Assembly: GCA_028699255.1 (NCBI GenBank)
Contig: JAQVUX010000003.1
Coordinates: 146,654-210,653 of the forward strand
Length of the DNA: 64,000 nt
Source of the DNA: Candidatus Omnitrophota bacterium
Lineage (GTDB): Bacteria > Omnitrophota > Gorgyraeia > 2-01-FULL-45-10
Direction of reading: 5' to 3'
Of the stretch, positions 38,034 through 46,917 are shown one piece after another. The notes beneath the pieces are model-generated. The model was not told the DNA's origin and did not search any database. It worked only from the letters and a program-made list of their open reading frames with translations. The position numbers and the translations under genes are program-made. How positions within the stretch are numbered: the stretch's first letter is position 1; each line of letters begins with the position of its first letter.

Positions 38034-38849
38034 ATGAAGAATATAAAGTTTACGAAAGCGGTAGCGGCGGGAAATGATTTTGTCGCCATCGATAACAGGT
38101 CCGGTTCTATCGCCGAAAAAGATCGCGCTGTGTTTACGCGGAAGGCCTGCGACAGGAAAAGAGGTATCGGCGCCGACGGCGTTCTTTTCATAGAGAAGTC
38201 GCGGAAGGCGGATTTTAAGATGCGTATATTCAATTCCGACGGGAGCGAGGCCGAGATGTGCGGCAACGGTTCCAGGTGCGCGGCCCTATTCGCGACGGTC
38301 AACAAGATAGCCGGAAACAGGATGACGATAGAGACGCTGGCAGGCATTCTCGACGCTACCGTTAAAAGAGATATCGTAAAAGTGAGATTGACCGATCCGA
38401 AAGACATTAAATGGAACTTTTGTCTCATGATAAATAAATGCCCTTACGAAGTAAGCTTTGTGAACACGGGGGTTCCGCATGTCGTGCATTTTACGGACGA
38501 TCTCGATAAGGTGGATGTCCGGAATGTCGGAGCGCATATGCGCAATCACGGAGAGTTCTCGCCCGAAGGCACAAACGCGGATTTTGTAAAAATCATAGAC
38601 GGGCACACGATAAGAATAAGGACATACGAACGCGGTGTCGAGGACGAGACTTTGGCCTGCGGCACAGGTTCTGTCGCGAGCGCTATTATTTCGGCCGAGG
38701 CCGAGAAGATGGTTTCTCCGATAACAGTCGAAACGCAGGGCGGAGAGAAGCTAAAAGTGTATTTCGAGATGAAAAACGGTAATTTTAGGAATGTGTATCT
38801 GGAAGGGAAAGCGCGGTTGGTATACGGAGGAGTGACAAATGACATTTAA
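38034..38849 (+). CDS. dapF: Diaminopimelate epimerase
   Basis: FTKAVAAGNDFV, and two active-site Cys (EMCGNGSRC, ACGTGSVA). Confidence 0.85.
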   Translation: MKNIKFTKAVAAGNDFVAIDNRSGSIAEKDRAVFTRKACDRKRGIGADGVLFIEKSRKADFKMRIFNSDGSEAEMCGNGSRCAALFATVNKIAGNRMTIETLAGILDATVKRDIVKVRLTDPKDIKWNFCLMINKCPYEVSFVNTGVPHVVHFTDDLDKVDVRNVGAHMRNHGEFSPEGTNADFVKIIDGHTIRIRTYERGVEDETLACGTGSVASAIISAEAEKMVSPITVETQGGEKLKVYFEMKNGNFRNVYLEGKARLVYGGVTNDI

Positions 38850-39720
38850 AGGTTCGATGGTAGCTCTGGTAACACCTTTTAAGAACGGGAAGATCGACGA
38901 GAAGGCATTGAAGGAGCTCGTGGAGTTTCAGATAAAGAACGGGACGAGCGCTATAGTTCCATGCGGGACTACGGGAGAATCAGCAACACTTAACTACGAA
39001 GAGCACGACAGGGTGATCGAGCTCGTCATAGAGTTTACCCGAAAGCGCGTGCCGGTAATAGCCGGTACCGGCTCCAATTCCACGGAAGAGGCCATCGCGC
39101 TGACTAAACACGCGAAGAAGGCGGGCGCGGACGCGTCATTACAGGTCAATCCTTATTATAACCGTCCGACGCAGAAGGGGCTATACCTGCATTTCAAGGC
39201 GATAGCCGAGGCGGTCGATATACCTATAATACTTTACAATATCGCCTCACGCACAGGCGTCAATGTCGAGCCGGAGACGTTTGCGAAATTGGCCGAAGTT
39301 AAAAATATCGTAGGTGTAAAAGAGGCCTCAGGGTCTTTGGAACAGATGGCCCGCATCCGGAAACTCTGCCCGAAGGAGTTTTTACTGATATCGGGTGATG
39401 ACGCGCTTACGCTTCCCGTGATGGCCATAGGCGGCACAGGCATCATCTCGGTCGTCGCGAATATTATCCCGCGCGATGTGGCGGATATGACGGCGGCATT
39501 TGAAAAAGGCGATATCAGGAAAGCTCAGGAATTACATTATAAGATGCTGAATCTGGTGAGGGCGATGTTTATAGAGACGAACCCGATTCCGGTGAAGACC
39601 GCGATGGGGCTCATGAAGATGTGTGATCCTGAAATGCGTCTGCCGCTTTGCGATATGTTGCCGGAGAATAAAGAGAAGCTTGTAAAGGCGCTAAAAGATT
39701 ATAAATTGATCGGAGCTTAA
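38839..39720 (+). CDS. dapA: 4-hydroxy-tetrahydrodipicolinate synthase
   Basis: DHDPS fold (GTTGES.TL, catalytic Lys region IVGVKEASG, YNIASRTG). Confidence 0.9.
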   Translation: MTFKGSMVALVTPFKNGKIDEKALKELVEFQIKNGTSAIVPCGTTGESATLNYEEHDRVIELVIEFTRKRVPVIAGTGSNSTEEAIALTKHAKKAGADASLQVNPYYNRPTQKGLYLHFKAIAEAVDIPIILYNIASRTGVNVEPETFAKLAEVKNIVGVKEASGSLEQMARIRKLCPKEFLLISGDDALTLPVMAIGGTGIISVVANIIPRDVADMTAAFEKGDIRKAQELHYKMLNLVRAMFIETNPIPVKTAMGLMKMCDPEMRLPLCDMLPENKEKLVKALKDYKLIGA

Positions 39721-39721
39721 A

Positions 39722-40399
39722 ATGATAAAGATATGTGTCAGCGGTTCGAGCGGCAGGATGGGCTCGAGGATAATAGACCTCGCCAAGGACGATCCCGAAC
39801 TTCGTGTATGCGGATCTTTTGACGTCGTAGAGGAGAATCCCGAGCAGTTCATCGAAGCATGCGAGTGCCTGATAGAGTTTACCTCCCCGCAGGCGACGAT
39901 AGAGCATCTGGCTCTCTGTGAAAAGCATAAGAGGCCGATAGTTATCGGTACGACCGGTCTTTCCGAAAAAGAGCGCGCAGAGGTAGAAAAGGCCTCTGCG
40001 AAAATACCCATCGTATTTTCTCCGAATATGTCGGTCGGGGTCAATCTTCTCTTCAAGATGGCCGGCGATGCCGCCAAAGTGCTCGGCAGTGAATACAACG
40101 TGATGATAGTCGAGGCGCACCACGAACATAAGAAGGACTCTCCGAGCGGAACGGCAAAAGAGATCGCGCGCATAATCAAAGAAGGCAAGGGCGGGGTGGA
40201 GATACCGATAGAATCCGTGCGCGAGGGCGAGATAGTCGGAGAGCATACCGTAACTTTCGAATCCGGCGTCGATCTCATAGAGATCACGCATAGCGCTAAG
40301 ACGCGCGATATATTCGTGAAGGGCGCTCTCAGGGCGGCCAAATTCGTTGCCGTTCAGAAACCGGGGCTGTATACGATGAAAGAAGTTTTGGGGTTCTAA
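39722..40399 (+). CDS. dapB: 4-hydroxy-tetrahydrodipicolinate reductase (short form)
   Basis: N-terminal NAD site GSSGRMG, and EAHHEHKKDSPSGTA in the C-terminal domain. Confidence 0.85.
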   Translation: MIKICVSGSSGRMGSRIIDLAKDDPELRVCGSFDVVEENPEQFIEACECLIEFTSPQATIEHLALCEKHKRPIVIGTTGLSEKERAEVEKASAKIPIVFSPNMSVGVNLLFKMAGDAAKVLGSEYNVMIVEAHHEHKKDSPSGTAKEIARIIKEGKGGVEIPIESVREGEIVGEHTVTFESGVDLIEITHSAKTRDIFVKGALRAAKFVAVQKPGLYTMKEVLGF

Positions 40400-40400
40400 T

Positions 40401-40946
40401 ATGAAAAGATTATTATTTGTAGCGTTAGTTGTTTTGCTCGGCGGGATTATGGTTTCTTCCGCGGCTTTGGCGAAGAATGAGGGATTTCCGAAGTGGCGGG
40501 AGTGGATAAGCGCCCAACAGGGTTATCTGGACAAGATCGAAGCGATAATGGCGAAAGGTAAAGACGTTGCTATAAGGCAGAATGCCGACTTGCAGGACGC
40601 CATGAAGAAGGATGACAGGTTGCGCGGCGAGAAGATCATCGATGATGCCACCAAGAAACTTGCGCGTATCAATGACGAACTGAAAGCGATCATGCCTCCG
40701 GGGGAATTCAAAGAGTATCATACAAAAGTTCTCGAGGCATATAAGTTCAGACAGATGGCCAACGAAGCGGCTCAGGCGAAGGATGTTTTGAATATAAGGA
40801 ACAATAATTACAGCGCGATAACATCCGAGATAGGCGCCATGGAGAGCATCAGGGCGCTATATATAAGTCATGACGCGCCGAAGCAGATAATCGCCTCGAT
40901 CGATAAGTCGATCGCGGCATACAAACAGCGGCTCGTGGCGAAGTAG
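40401..40946 (+). CDS. Hypothetical secreted/periplasmic helical protein (signal peptide)
   Basis: MKRLLFVALVVLLGGIMVSSAALA signal peptide. The remainder is Lys/Ala/Glu-rich helical sequence with no recognisable motif. Confidence 0.45.
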   Translation: MKRLLFVALVVLLGGIMVSSAALAKNEGFPKWREWISAQQGYLDKIEAIMAKGKDVAIRQNADLQDAMKKDDRLRGEKIIDDATKKLARINDELKAIMPPGEFKEYHTKVLEAYKFRQMANEAAQAKDVLNIRNNNYSAITSEIGAMESIRALYISHDAPKQIIASIDKSIAAYKQRLVAK

Positions 40947-41560
40947 TGGTTCTTTAAAATTTTTCGCTGTAGTGGCAGAATGTGCTGTGCCGAGTGGTTC
41001 GCTCCGGACGCTCGGCGTGCTCCAGCGGCACGCCTCGCTCCATAAAATTTTTTATGCCGCCCCGGTTATGCAACAGTGGACCAAGCCATAAAAAATTGTA
41101 AGGCCGGAGCTCACCACATCGCCACATCACATTACTGACGGAGCGAAAAATTTTACCGGGTAGGTAGTGGCTGGGGAATCACACATAAAAGGGCGGAATC
41201 ATCTACAGGAGCGGAATTACCTACGAGGTGAAACCAGTCTAAGTAATTTCTCCTCGTAGGTGGGTAAAGGTTCTGTGGGGATATTTTCCACCCCGGGGTG
41301 GAAAAATAAGAAAGATATAGATTGCCGCTTTCGCGGTAATGACACGAAGGAAGGTGGATAAGCGAGGGGACTATGCTTACGCGACGACGTAAAAATCGCG
41401 AGCGGGCAAGGTTCCCGAGCCGGGGTTAGCAAGGATGCGAGGGAGAGCGAGCGATTTTTCTCGAGCAAAATTTTTCTCGCTGGGAAAAATTTTGCGTTCG
41501 GCGCTAAGCATAGTCCCCTCGCCGGCAAAGGGCGAAGAGGGATAAGGAAGGGGAAGTTTA
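40947..41560. repeat. 614 bp non-coding region dense in A4T4-cored motifs with a long-range inverted repeat; a repeat cluster or structured RNA upstream of dapL
   Basis: Seen directly. The inverted pair is ggggactatgcttacgcg...cgctaagcatagtcccc. Six motifs resemble GCGAAAATTTT. Confidence 0.5.
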
Positions 41561-42727
41561 ATGCAGATAGAAAGATCGGAACGATTGAAGAAACTGCCGC
41601 CGTATTTATTCGTCGAGATCGACAAGGCGAAGAAGAAGGCGCGTGAAGATGGACGGGATATAATTGACCTGGGAATAGGTGATCCGGACATACCGACCCC
41701 GCGTTTTATCATCGACGCGCTCACCCGAGCCGCGCGCGACCCGAAGAATCATCGCTATCCTCTCGACCAGGGCTTGCCGGAGTTCAGGCAGGAGGCGGCC
41801 AAATGGTTCGCGGGGCGTTTCGGTGTTACCCTCGACCCGGAAACCGAGTTATATCCTCTAATCGGTTCCAAGGAAGGCATCGCGCACATGCCGCTCGCGT
41901 TCATAAATCCGGGCGACATAGTCCTTGTACCGGATCCGTGTTATCCGCCCTACAAATCCGGCACTTATTTTGCCGGCGGTGAAGTGCTTATCATGCCTCT
42001 TTCGGAGAAGAACCATTTTTTACCCGACCTGAAAGCTATAAACCACGCTCAGATGCACAAGATAAAGATGATGTTCGTGAATTACCCGAACAATCCGACG
42101 GCGGCCGTTTGTGACAGGAAATTCTTTGCCGAAGTCGTTGAGTTCGCGAAGAAACACAATATCATCGTCTGTCACGACGCGGCGTATTCCGAGGTAGCCT
42201 TCGATGGCTTCAGGCCGCCGAGCATATTTGAAGTCCCGGGCGCAAAAGATGTCGCGATCGAGTTTCACTCACTTTCGAAGACGTTCAATATGACGGGCTG
42301 GCGTCTTGGGTTTGCCGCCGGAAATAAAGACCTTATCGCAGGCCTTGCCAAGATAAAATCGAATATCGATTCCGGCGCGTTTTTCGCTATTCAATGGGCA
42401 GGTGTCGCGGCGCTGAAGAATTACGACAGGCATATAAAAAGCGTGATGAAGATATACGAGGAGCGCCGTAATTTCTTAGTCGATGCTCTGAAATCGCTCG
42501 GCTGGTCGGTCGAGCGGCCGAAGGCGACATTCTACGTCTGGGCACATGTACCGCCCAGATATACGTCCGCGACTTTTGCCAAAGAGCTTCTCGAAAAGTG
42601 CGATATAGTGGCGACACCCGGCAATGGCTTTGGAGAACACGGCGAGGGCTTTATAAGATTCGCTCTTACCGTAGACAAGAAGAGAATCCGGGAAGCGGTG
42701 GAGCGTATCAAGAAAAGATTGAAGTAA
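41561..42727 (+). CDS. dapL: LL-diaminopimelate aminotransferase (class I/II aminotransferase, DapL type)
   Basis: ERLKKLPPYLFVEIDKAKKKAREDGRDIIDLGIGDPDIPTP is the DapL-type N-terminus. A PLP Lys region (SLSKTFNMTGWR) is present, and the gene sits in the dap cluster. Confidence 0.75.
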   Translation: MQIERSERLKKLPPYLFVEIDKAKKKAREDGRDIIDLGIGDPDIPTPRFIIDALTRAARDPKNHRYPLDQGLPEFRQEAAKWFAGRFGVTLDPETELYPLIGSKEGIAHMPLAFINPGDIVLVPDPCYPPYKSGTYFAGGEVLIMPLSEKNHFLPDLKAINHAQMHKIKMMFVNYPNNPTAAVCDRKFFAEVVEFAKKHNIIVCHDAAYSEVAFDGFRPPSIFEVPGAKDVAIEFHSLSKTFNMTGWRLGFAAGNKDLIAGLAKIKSNIDSGAFFAIQWAGVAALKNYDRHIKSVMKIYEERRNFLVDALKSLGWSVERPKATFYVWAHVPPRYTSATFAKELLEKCDIVATPGNGFGEHGEGFIRFALTVDKKRIREAVERIKKRLK

Positions 42728-42740
42728 CCGGCTGGCCAAT

Positions 42741-43160
42741 ATGATCACCTGCTACATCGGTATCGGTTCCAATCTCGGAGATAGGCGGCGTAATATCGAT
42801 GCCGCGATCGAGGCGCTTAAGAATAGCGAAGCGATAACATTTAACAGGCGCTCTTCGATATACGAAACGGAACCTGTTGACGCTCCGCTTGTAAATGGCG
42901 CTCCGCAAGGCAGGTTTTTAAACGGCGTCCTGGAGATCGAGACGGCTCTTTCGCCCGGGGATCTTTTAAAACGATTGCATGAGATAGAGGCATCATTGGG
43001 CAGGAAAAGATCCGCGAGGAACGCGCCCAGGCAGATCGACCTCGACATTCTTTATTACGGCAGTATGATGATAGACGAGGAAGGGCTTAAGATACCTCAT
43101 CCTCGAATAGGAAAAAGGGAATTTGTTTTGCAGGGTTTAAGAGAATTGGGGAAGGCATAG
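42741..43160 (+). CDS. folK: 2-amino-4-hydroxy-6-hydroxymethyldihydropteridine diphosphokinase
   Basis: HPPK motifs (YIGIGSNLGDR, GPR.IDLDIL, H.R...R.FVL). Confidence 0.8.
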   Translation: MITCYIGIGSNLGDRRRNIDAAIEALKNSEAITFNRRSSIYETEPVDAPLVNGAPQGRFLNGVLEIETALSPGDLLKRLHEIEASLGRKRSARNAPRQIDLDILYYGSMMIDEEGLKIPHPRIGKREFVLQGLRELGKA

Positions 43161-44035
43161 TGAAAGTAGTCGATACTATATCGAGGATGTCCACCCTCGT
43201 AAACATCTTCAAAAAAGAAGGCAAAACTGTCGGTCTTGTCCCGACCATGGGATATTTCCATGAAGGCCACCTCTCGCTGATACGCGCCGCAAGAAAACAC
43301 ACCGATGTCGTCGTGGTCAGCATATTTATTAATCCCATGCAGTTCGGACCTAAGGAAGATTTTGAAAAATACCCCCGGGATCTGAAACGTGATGAGCAGA
43401 TGGCGACTGCCGCCGGCGCGGATATTATTTTCTATCCCTCGGTAAAAGACATATATCCCGCGGGATATTCCACCTATGTTATCGTGGAATCCTTGACGGA
43501 TAACCTTTGCGGGGCGTCGCGTCCGGGCCATTTCAAAGGCGTTACCACCATAGTCGCGAAATTGTTCAATATAGTTAAGCCCAGCATCGCCTATTTTGGA
43601 CAGAAGGACGCCCAACAGGCGGTGATCATAAAAAAGATGGTGCAGGATCTGAATATGGGTGTCGAGGTTAAGGTTATGCCGATTGTGCGCGAAGCGGACG
43701 GCCTGGCCATGAGCTCGCGCAACGTATTCTTATCGGCCTCCGAAAGGCGCGACGCCGTCGTTCTGCGCGAATCTTTGAAAAAGGCGGAGAGCGCGGTGAA
43801 TTCGGGGGAGAAAGAAACGAAGAAGATAATAAAGATCATGGAAGATGCGATCGCCCGTGTTCCGGGCGCGAAGATAGATTATATTTCTATCGTAAGTACC
43901 GCGGATTTAAAAGACGTGAAACTGATAAACAGAGAAGCGCTCATAGCTATAGCGGTTTTTATAGGTAAAACACGGCTTATCGATAATGTCATTATTAAAA
44001 CGGACAGCGGCGATATTGCAAACAGGAAGGGATAG
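43160..44035 (+). CDS. panC: Pantoate--beta-alanine ligase
   Basis: HIGH-like PTMGYFHEGHLSL motif and SSRN. GTG start overlapping the folK stop. Confidence 0.85.
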   Translation: MKVVDTISRMSTLVNIFKKEGKTVGLVPTMGYFHEGHLSLIRAARKHTDVVVVSIFINPMQFGPKEDFEKYPRDLKRDEQMATAAGADIIFYPSVKDIYPAGYSTYVIVESLTDNLCGASRPGHFKGVTTIVAKLFNIVKPSIAYFGQKDAQQAVIIKKMVQDLNMGVEVKVMPIVREADGLAMSSRNVFLSASERRDAVVLRESLKKAESAVNSGEKETKKIIKIMEDAIARVPGAKIDYISIVSTADLKDVKLINREALIAIAVFIGKTRLIDNVIIKTDSGDIANRKG

Positions 44036-44046
44036 GTGTATTTGGT

Positions 44047-45018
44047 ATGACGAATAACGCAAATAGCGACCAAAAATATAACGATACGCTTAAGAAAAAG
44101 ATCGAGAAACTAAAGAAGAAGCGTAATGCAGTAATAATCGCGCATAATTATCAGCGCGACGAGATACAGGAGATAGCGGATATAAGCGGCGACTCGCTCG
44201 CTCTCTCGCAGGCCGCCGTCAGGACAGACGCAGATATCATAGTCTTCTGCGGTGTCCAATTCATGGCGGAGTCGGCATCGATACTCAATCCGGGTAAGAA
44301 AGTCCTTCTGCCGGTCATTGAAGCGGGTTGTCCTTTGGCGGATATGATAACGCCGGCGAAACTGCGCGCGAAAAAAACCGAGCATCCCGGGGCGGCCGTC
44401 GTCTGCTATGTCAATTCGTCCGCCGAAGTGAAGGCCGAGAGCGATATAGCGTGCACGTCCAGTAACGCCGTGCAGGTTGTCCGGGCGTTGAAGGAGAAGG
44501 ATATAATATTCGTTCCGGATAAAAATCTGGGACGATATGTTCAAACGCAGTTACCGGATAAAAATATAATATTATGGGATGGGTTCTGCCCGACGCATAT
44601 AAGGGTGCAGGAAGAGGATGTGGTCAAGACGAAACAGGCTCATCCTAAAGCCGAAGTTATAGCGCATCCGGAATGTAACCCCGAAGTGTTGGCGCTCGCC
44701 GATCATATATGCGCCACAGGCGGTATGTTCAAATATGTCAAAGCATCAAGCGCTACAGAATTCATAATCTCAACCGAATCCGGCATGTTGTACAAATTGC
44801 AGAAAGAGAACCCGGGCAAGAAGTTCTACCTTCCGACGCCTCATCTCGTTTGCGCCAACATGAAGCTTATAACGCTGGGATGGGTTGCTCAGTCGCTCGA
44901 GAATATGGTTTATGAGATAAAGGTTTCCAGCGAGGTTAGGGAGAAAGCGAAGAAGACGCTCGATAGGATGCTTGCCATAACGGGCGAAACAAAAGGCGCG
45001 GCGCTGGCCGGATATTAA
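44047..45018 (+). CDS. nadA: Quinolinate synthase
   Basis: AHNYQ, VQFMAE, and three Cys ligands in three repeated domains. Confidence 0.85.
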   Translation: MTNNANSDQKYNDTLKKKIEKLKKKRNAVIIAHNYQRDEIQEIADISGDSLALSQAAVRTDADIIVFCGVQFMAESASILNPGKKVLLPVIEAGCPLADMITPAKLRAKKTEHPGAAVVCYVNSSAEVKAESDIACTSSNAVQVVRALKEKDIIFVPDKNLGRYVQTQLPDKNIILWDGFCPTHIRVQEEDVVKTKQAHPKAEVIAHPECNPEVLALADHICATGGMFKYVKASSATEFIISTESGMLYKLQKENPGKKFYLPTPHLVCANMKLITLGWVAQSLENMVYEIKVSSEVREKAKKTLDRMLAITGETKGAALAGY

Positions 45019-45020
45019 AT

Positions 45021-45833
45021 ATGAAAAAGATAAGGATCGGGATAATAGGATGCGGCACCATAGGCTCGCAGGTTGCCTGCGCGTGCCAGGACGTTTTGAA
45101 AGATAAGATGGAACTGGCCGCGCTTTGCGACAGCGATAACGCCAAAGCCGAGTTCTTACGAAAAACGTTTAAGCCGGAACCGGTTATTTTAGGGCAGGAC
45201 GAATTGATAAAGAAATGTGATCTCATTGTAGAGGCGGCGAGCGCTTCTGTCTCCGGGGAAGTCCTGGATATGTGTATAGACGCCGGCAAGGATTGCATGA
45301 TAATGAGCGTCGGCGGGCTTATCGGCCGGGAGCGGTCTTTGAAAAGGGCCTGTGAGAAAGGCGTCCGGGTTTATATCCCGAGCGGCGCGTTGTGCGGGGT
45401 AGACGGATTAAAATCGGCGGCGGTTGGCAGGATAGATTCCGTTACGCTTACGACCAGAAAACCGCCGAAGGGCTTGGAGGGCGCGCCATATCTAAAATCG
45501 AGAAATATAGACGTGCTCGATATAACGGGCGAATCGCTGATCTTCGAGGGGACAGCCGAAGAGGCGATCAAGGCATTCCCTCAGAATGTTAATGTTTCCG
45601 CGGTATTGAGTATCGCGGGCCTGGGCGCTAAAAATACGCGTGTTCGGATAATAGCTTCACCCGAATATACGAAGAACGTCCATGAAGTCGAGATCGATGG
45701 CGAGTTCGGCAGGATATTTACCAGAACGGAGAATGTGCCGTCGAAGGCGAATCCCAGGACGAGCGGGATGGCGATCTTCTCGGCGATAGCGACGCTGAAA
45801 GGGATCGCGGACAGCGTCAGGATAGGCACGTGA
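45021..45833 (+). CDS. nadX: L-aspartate dehydrogenase (NadX-like)
   Basis: Rossmann IGIIGCGTIG and the Asp-DH C-terminal domain. It is adjacent to nadA and no nadB is seen in the window. Confidence 0.6.
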   Translation: MKKIRIGIIGCGTIGSQVACACQDVLKDKMELAALCDSDNAKAEFLRKTFKPEPVILGQDELIKKCDLIVEAASASVSGEVLDMCIDAGKDCMIMSVGGLIGRERSLKRACEKGVRVYIPSGALCGVDGLKSAAVGRIDSVTLTTRKPPKGLEGAPYLKSRNIDVLDITGESLIFEGTAEEAIKAFPQNVNVSAVLSIAGLGAKNTRVRIIASPEYTKNVHEVEIDGEFGRIFTRTENVPSKANPRTSGMAIFSAIATLKGIADSVRIGT

Positions 45834-46570
45834 GACTGTTGAGCAAGACCGGGAATTATATCTCGGCCGGGATCGGCAGGGCGATCGCCGACTATAATCT
45901 CATAGAGAATAAGGACAAAATACTCGTCGGTGTTTCCGGGGGTAAGGACAGCCTGTCGCTTTTGAGGCTTCTTGCCGAGCGCAGGAAATGGGCGCCTGTA
46001 AAATATGAGCTTATCGCGATACACATCGAGACGGATCTTCAATGCATGCCCAGAGCGTACGCGAGGATTTTAAGAGAGTTTTTTAAAGAGAATAAGGTAA
46101 AGTACCTTTTCAAAAAAATAAAGTTAAAGAACGACGACAGGAAGAAATCGTGTTTCTGGTGTTCGTGGAACAGGAGAAAAGCGCTTTTTCTGGCGGCAGA
46201 GAAACTTGGCTGTAACAAAATAGCTTTGGGGCATCATAAGGACGATATAGCCGAAACGCTTCTTCTCAATATGTTTTATAAAGGCGAATTCGCGGCAATG
46301 AATCCGTCGCAGGAGCTTTTCGGAGGCAAGATAACGATAATAAGGCCCCTCTGCTACGTCGAGGAAAAGAATATGCGCAAATTTGCCCGTGAATGCGGTT
46401 TTCCCGTACAGGTGTGCAGGTGTCCGAGCGCCGAGACGTCGAAGCGGCTGGTCATGAAGAATATTATACGGCAGTTGGAGAAGGACTGCCCGGCCGTAAA
46501 AACGAATATTTTTAAAAGTGTTTCACGGGTGAAGGAAGAGTATATTAATTTGCACCCATTAAAAATATAA
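45830..46570 (+). CDS. ttcA: PP-loop ATPase tRNA thiolation protein (TtcA-like, tRNA 2-thiocytidine biosynthesis)
   Basis: PP-loop SGGKDS and two CxxC pairs (CFWCS, CRCPS). Confidence 0.6.
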   Translation: MRLLSKTGNYISAGIGRAIADYNLIENKDKILVGVSGGKDSLSLLRLLAERRKWAPVKYELIAIHIETDLQCMPRAYARILREFFKENKVKYLFKKIKLKNDDRKKSCFWCSWNRRKALFLAAEKLGCNKIALGHHKDDIAETLLLNMFYKGEFAAMNPSQELFGGKITIIRPLCYVEEKNMRKFARECGFPVQVCRCPSAETSKRLVMKNIIRQLEKDCPAVKTNIFKSVSRVKEEYINLHPLKI

Positions 46571-46582
46571 ACACGAAAGGAG

Positions 46583-46831
46583 GTGAAATACATGGCAGAG
46601 AAAGTAGCAGCGGTAGGGATAAAGAGAAAGAAGGGCTATCTCTATTACGTCGATAAGAAGGGCAACGTAGTTGAGACGAAGATGGCCAGAGGTAAATCCA
46701 AGGGGGGCGGCGGTAAAGTTGTCGCGAAACCTGAGGTGAAGAAGGCAAAGGGATACCTCTACTTCATCGATAAGAAGGGTGACGTCTCGAGGGCTAAGAT
46801 GCTCGTAGGCGGCAAGAGGAAAAAGAAATAG
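46583..46831 (+). CDS. Small basic protein (82 aa) with two internal ~35 aa repeats (KKGYLYYVDKKGNVVETKMARG / AKGYLYFIDKKGDVSRAKMLVG)
   Basis: RBS aaaggaggtg precedes the start. The internal duplication is seen directly. No known family assigned. Confidence 0.45.
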   Translation: MKYMAEKVAAVGIKRKKGYLYYVDKKGNVVETKMARGKSKGGGGKVVAKPEVKKAKGYLYFIDKKGDVSRAKMLVGGKRKKK

Positions 46832-46845
46832 TCGTAGCAGGACGT

Positions 46846-46890
46846 AGCAAGACGTAGCGCACCCTCAAGGGTGCGCTACGTCATTTTTTA
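46846..46890 (+). terminator. Rho-independent terminator (gtagcgcaccct-caa-gggtgcgctac plus a T-run)
   Basis: Seen directly after the small basic protein gene. Confidence 0.7.
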
Positions 46891-46917
46891 TGGTAATAAG
46901 TCCGATATTAAAATATA

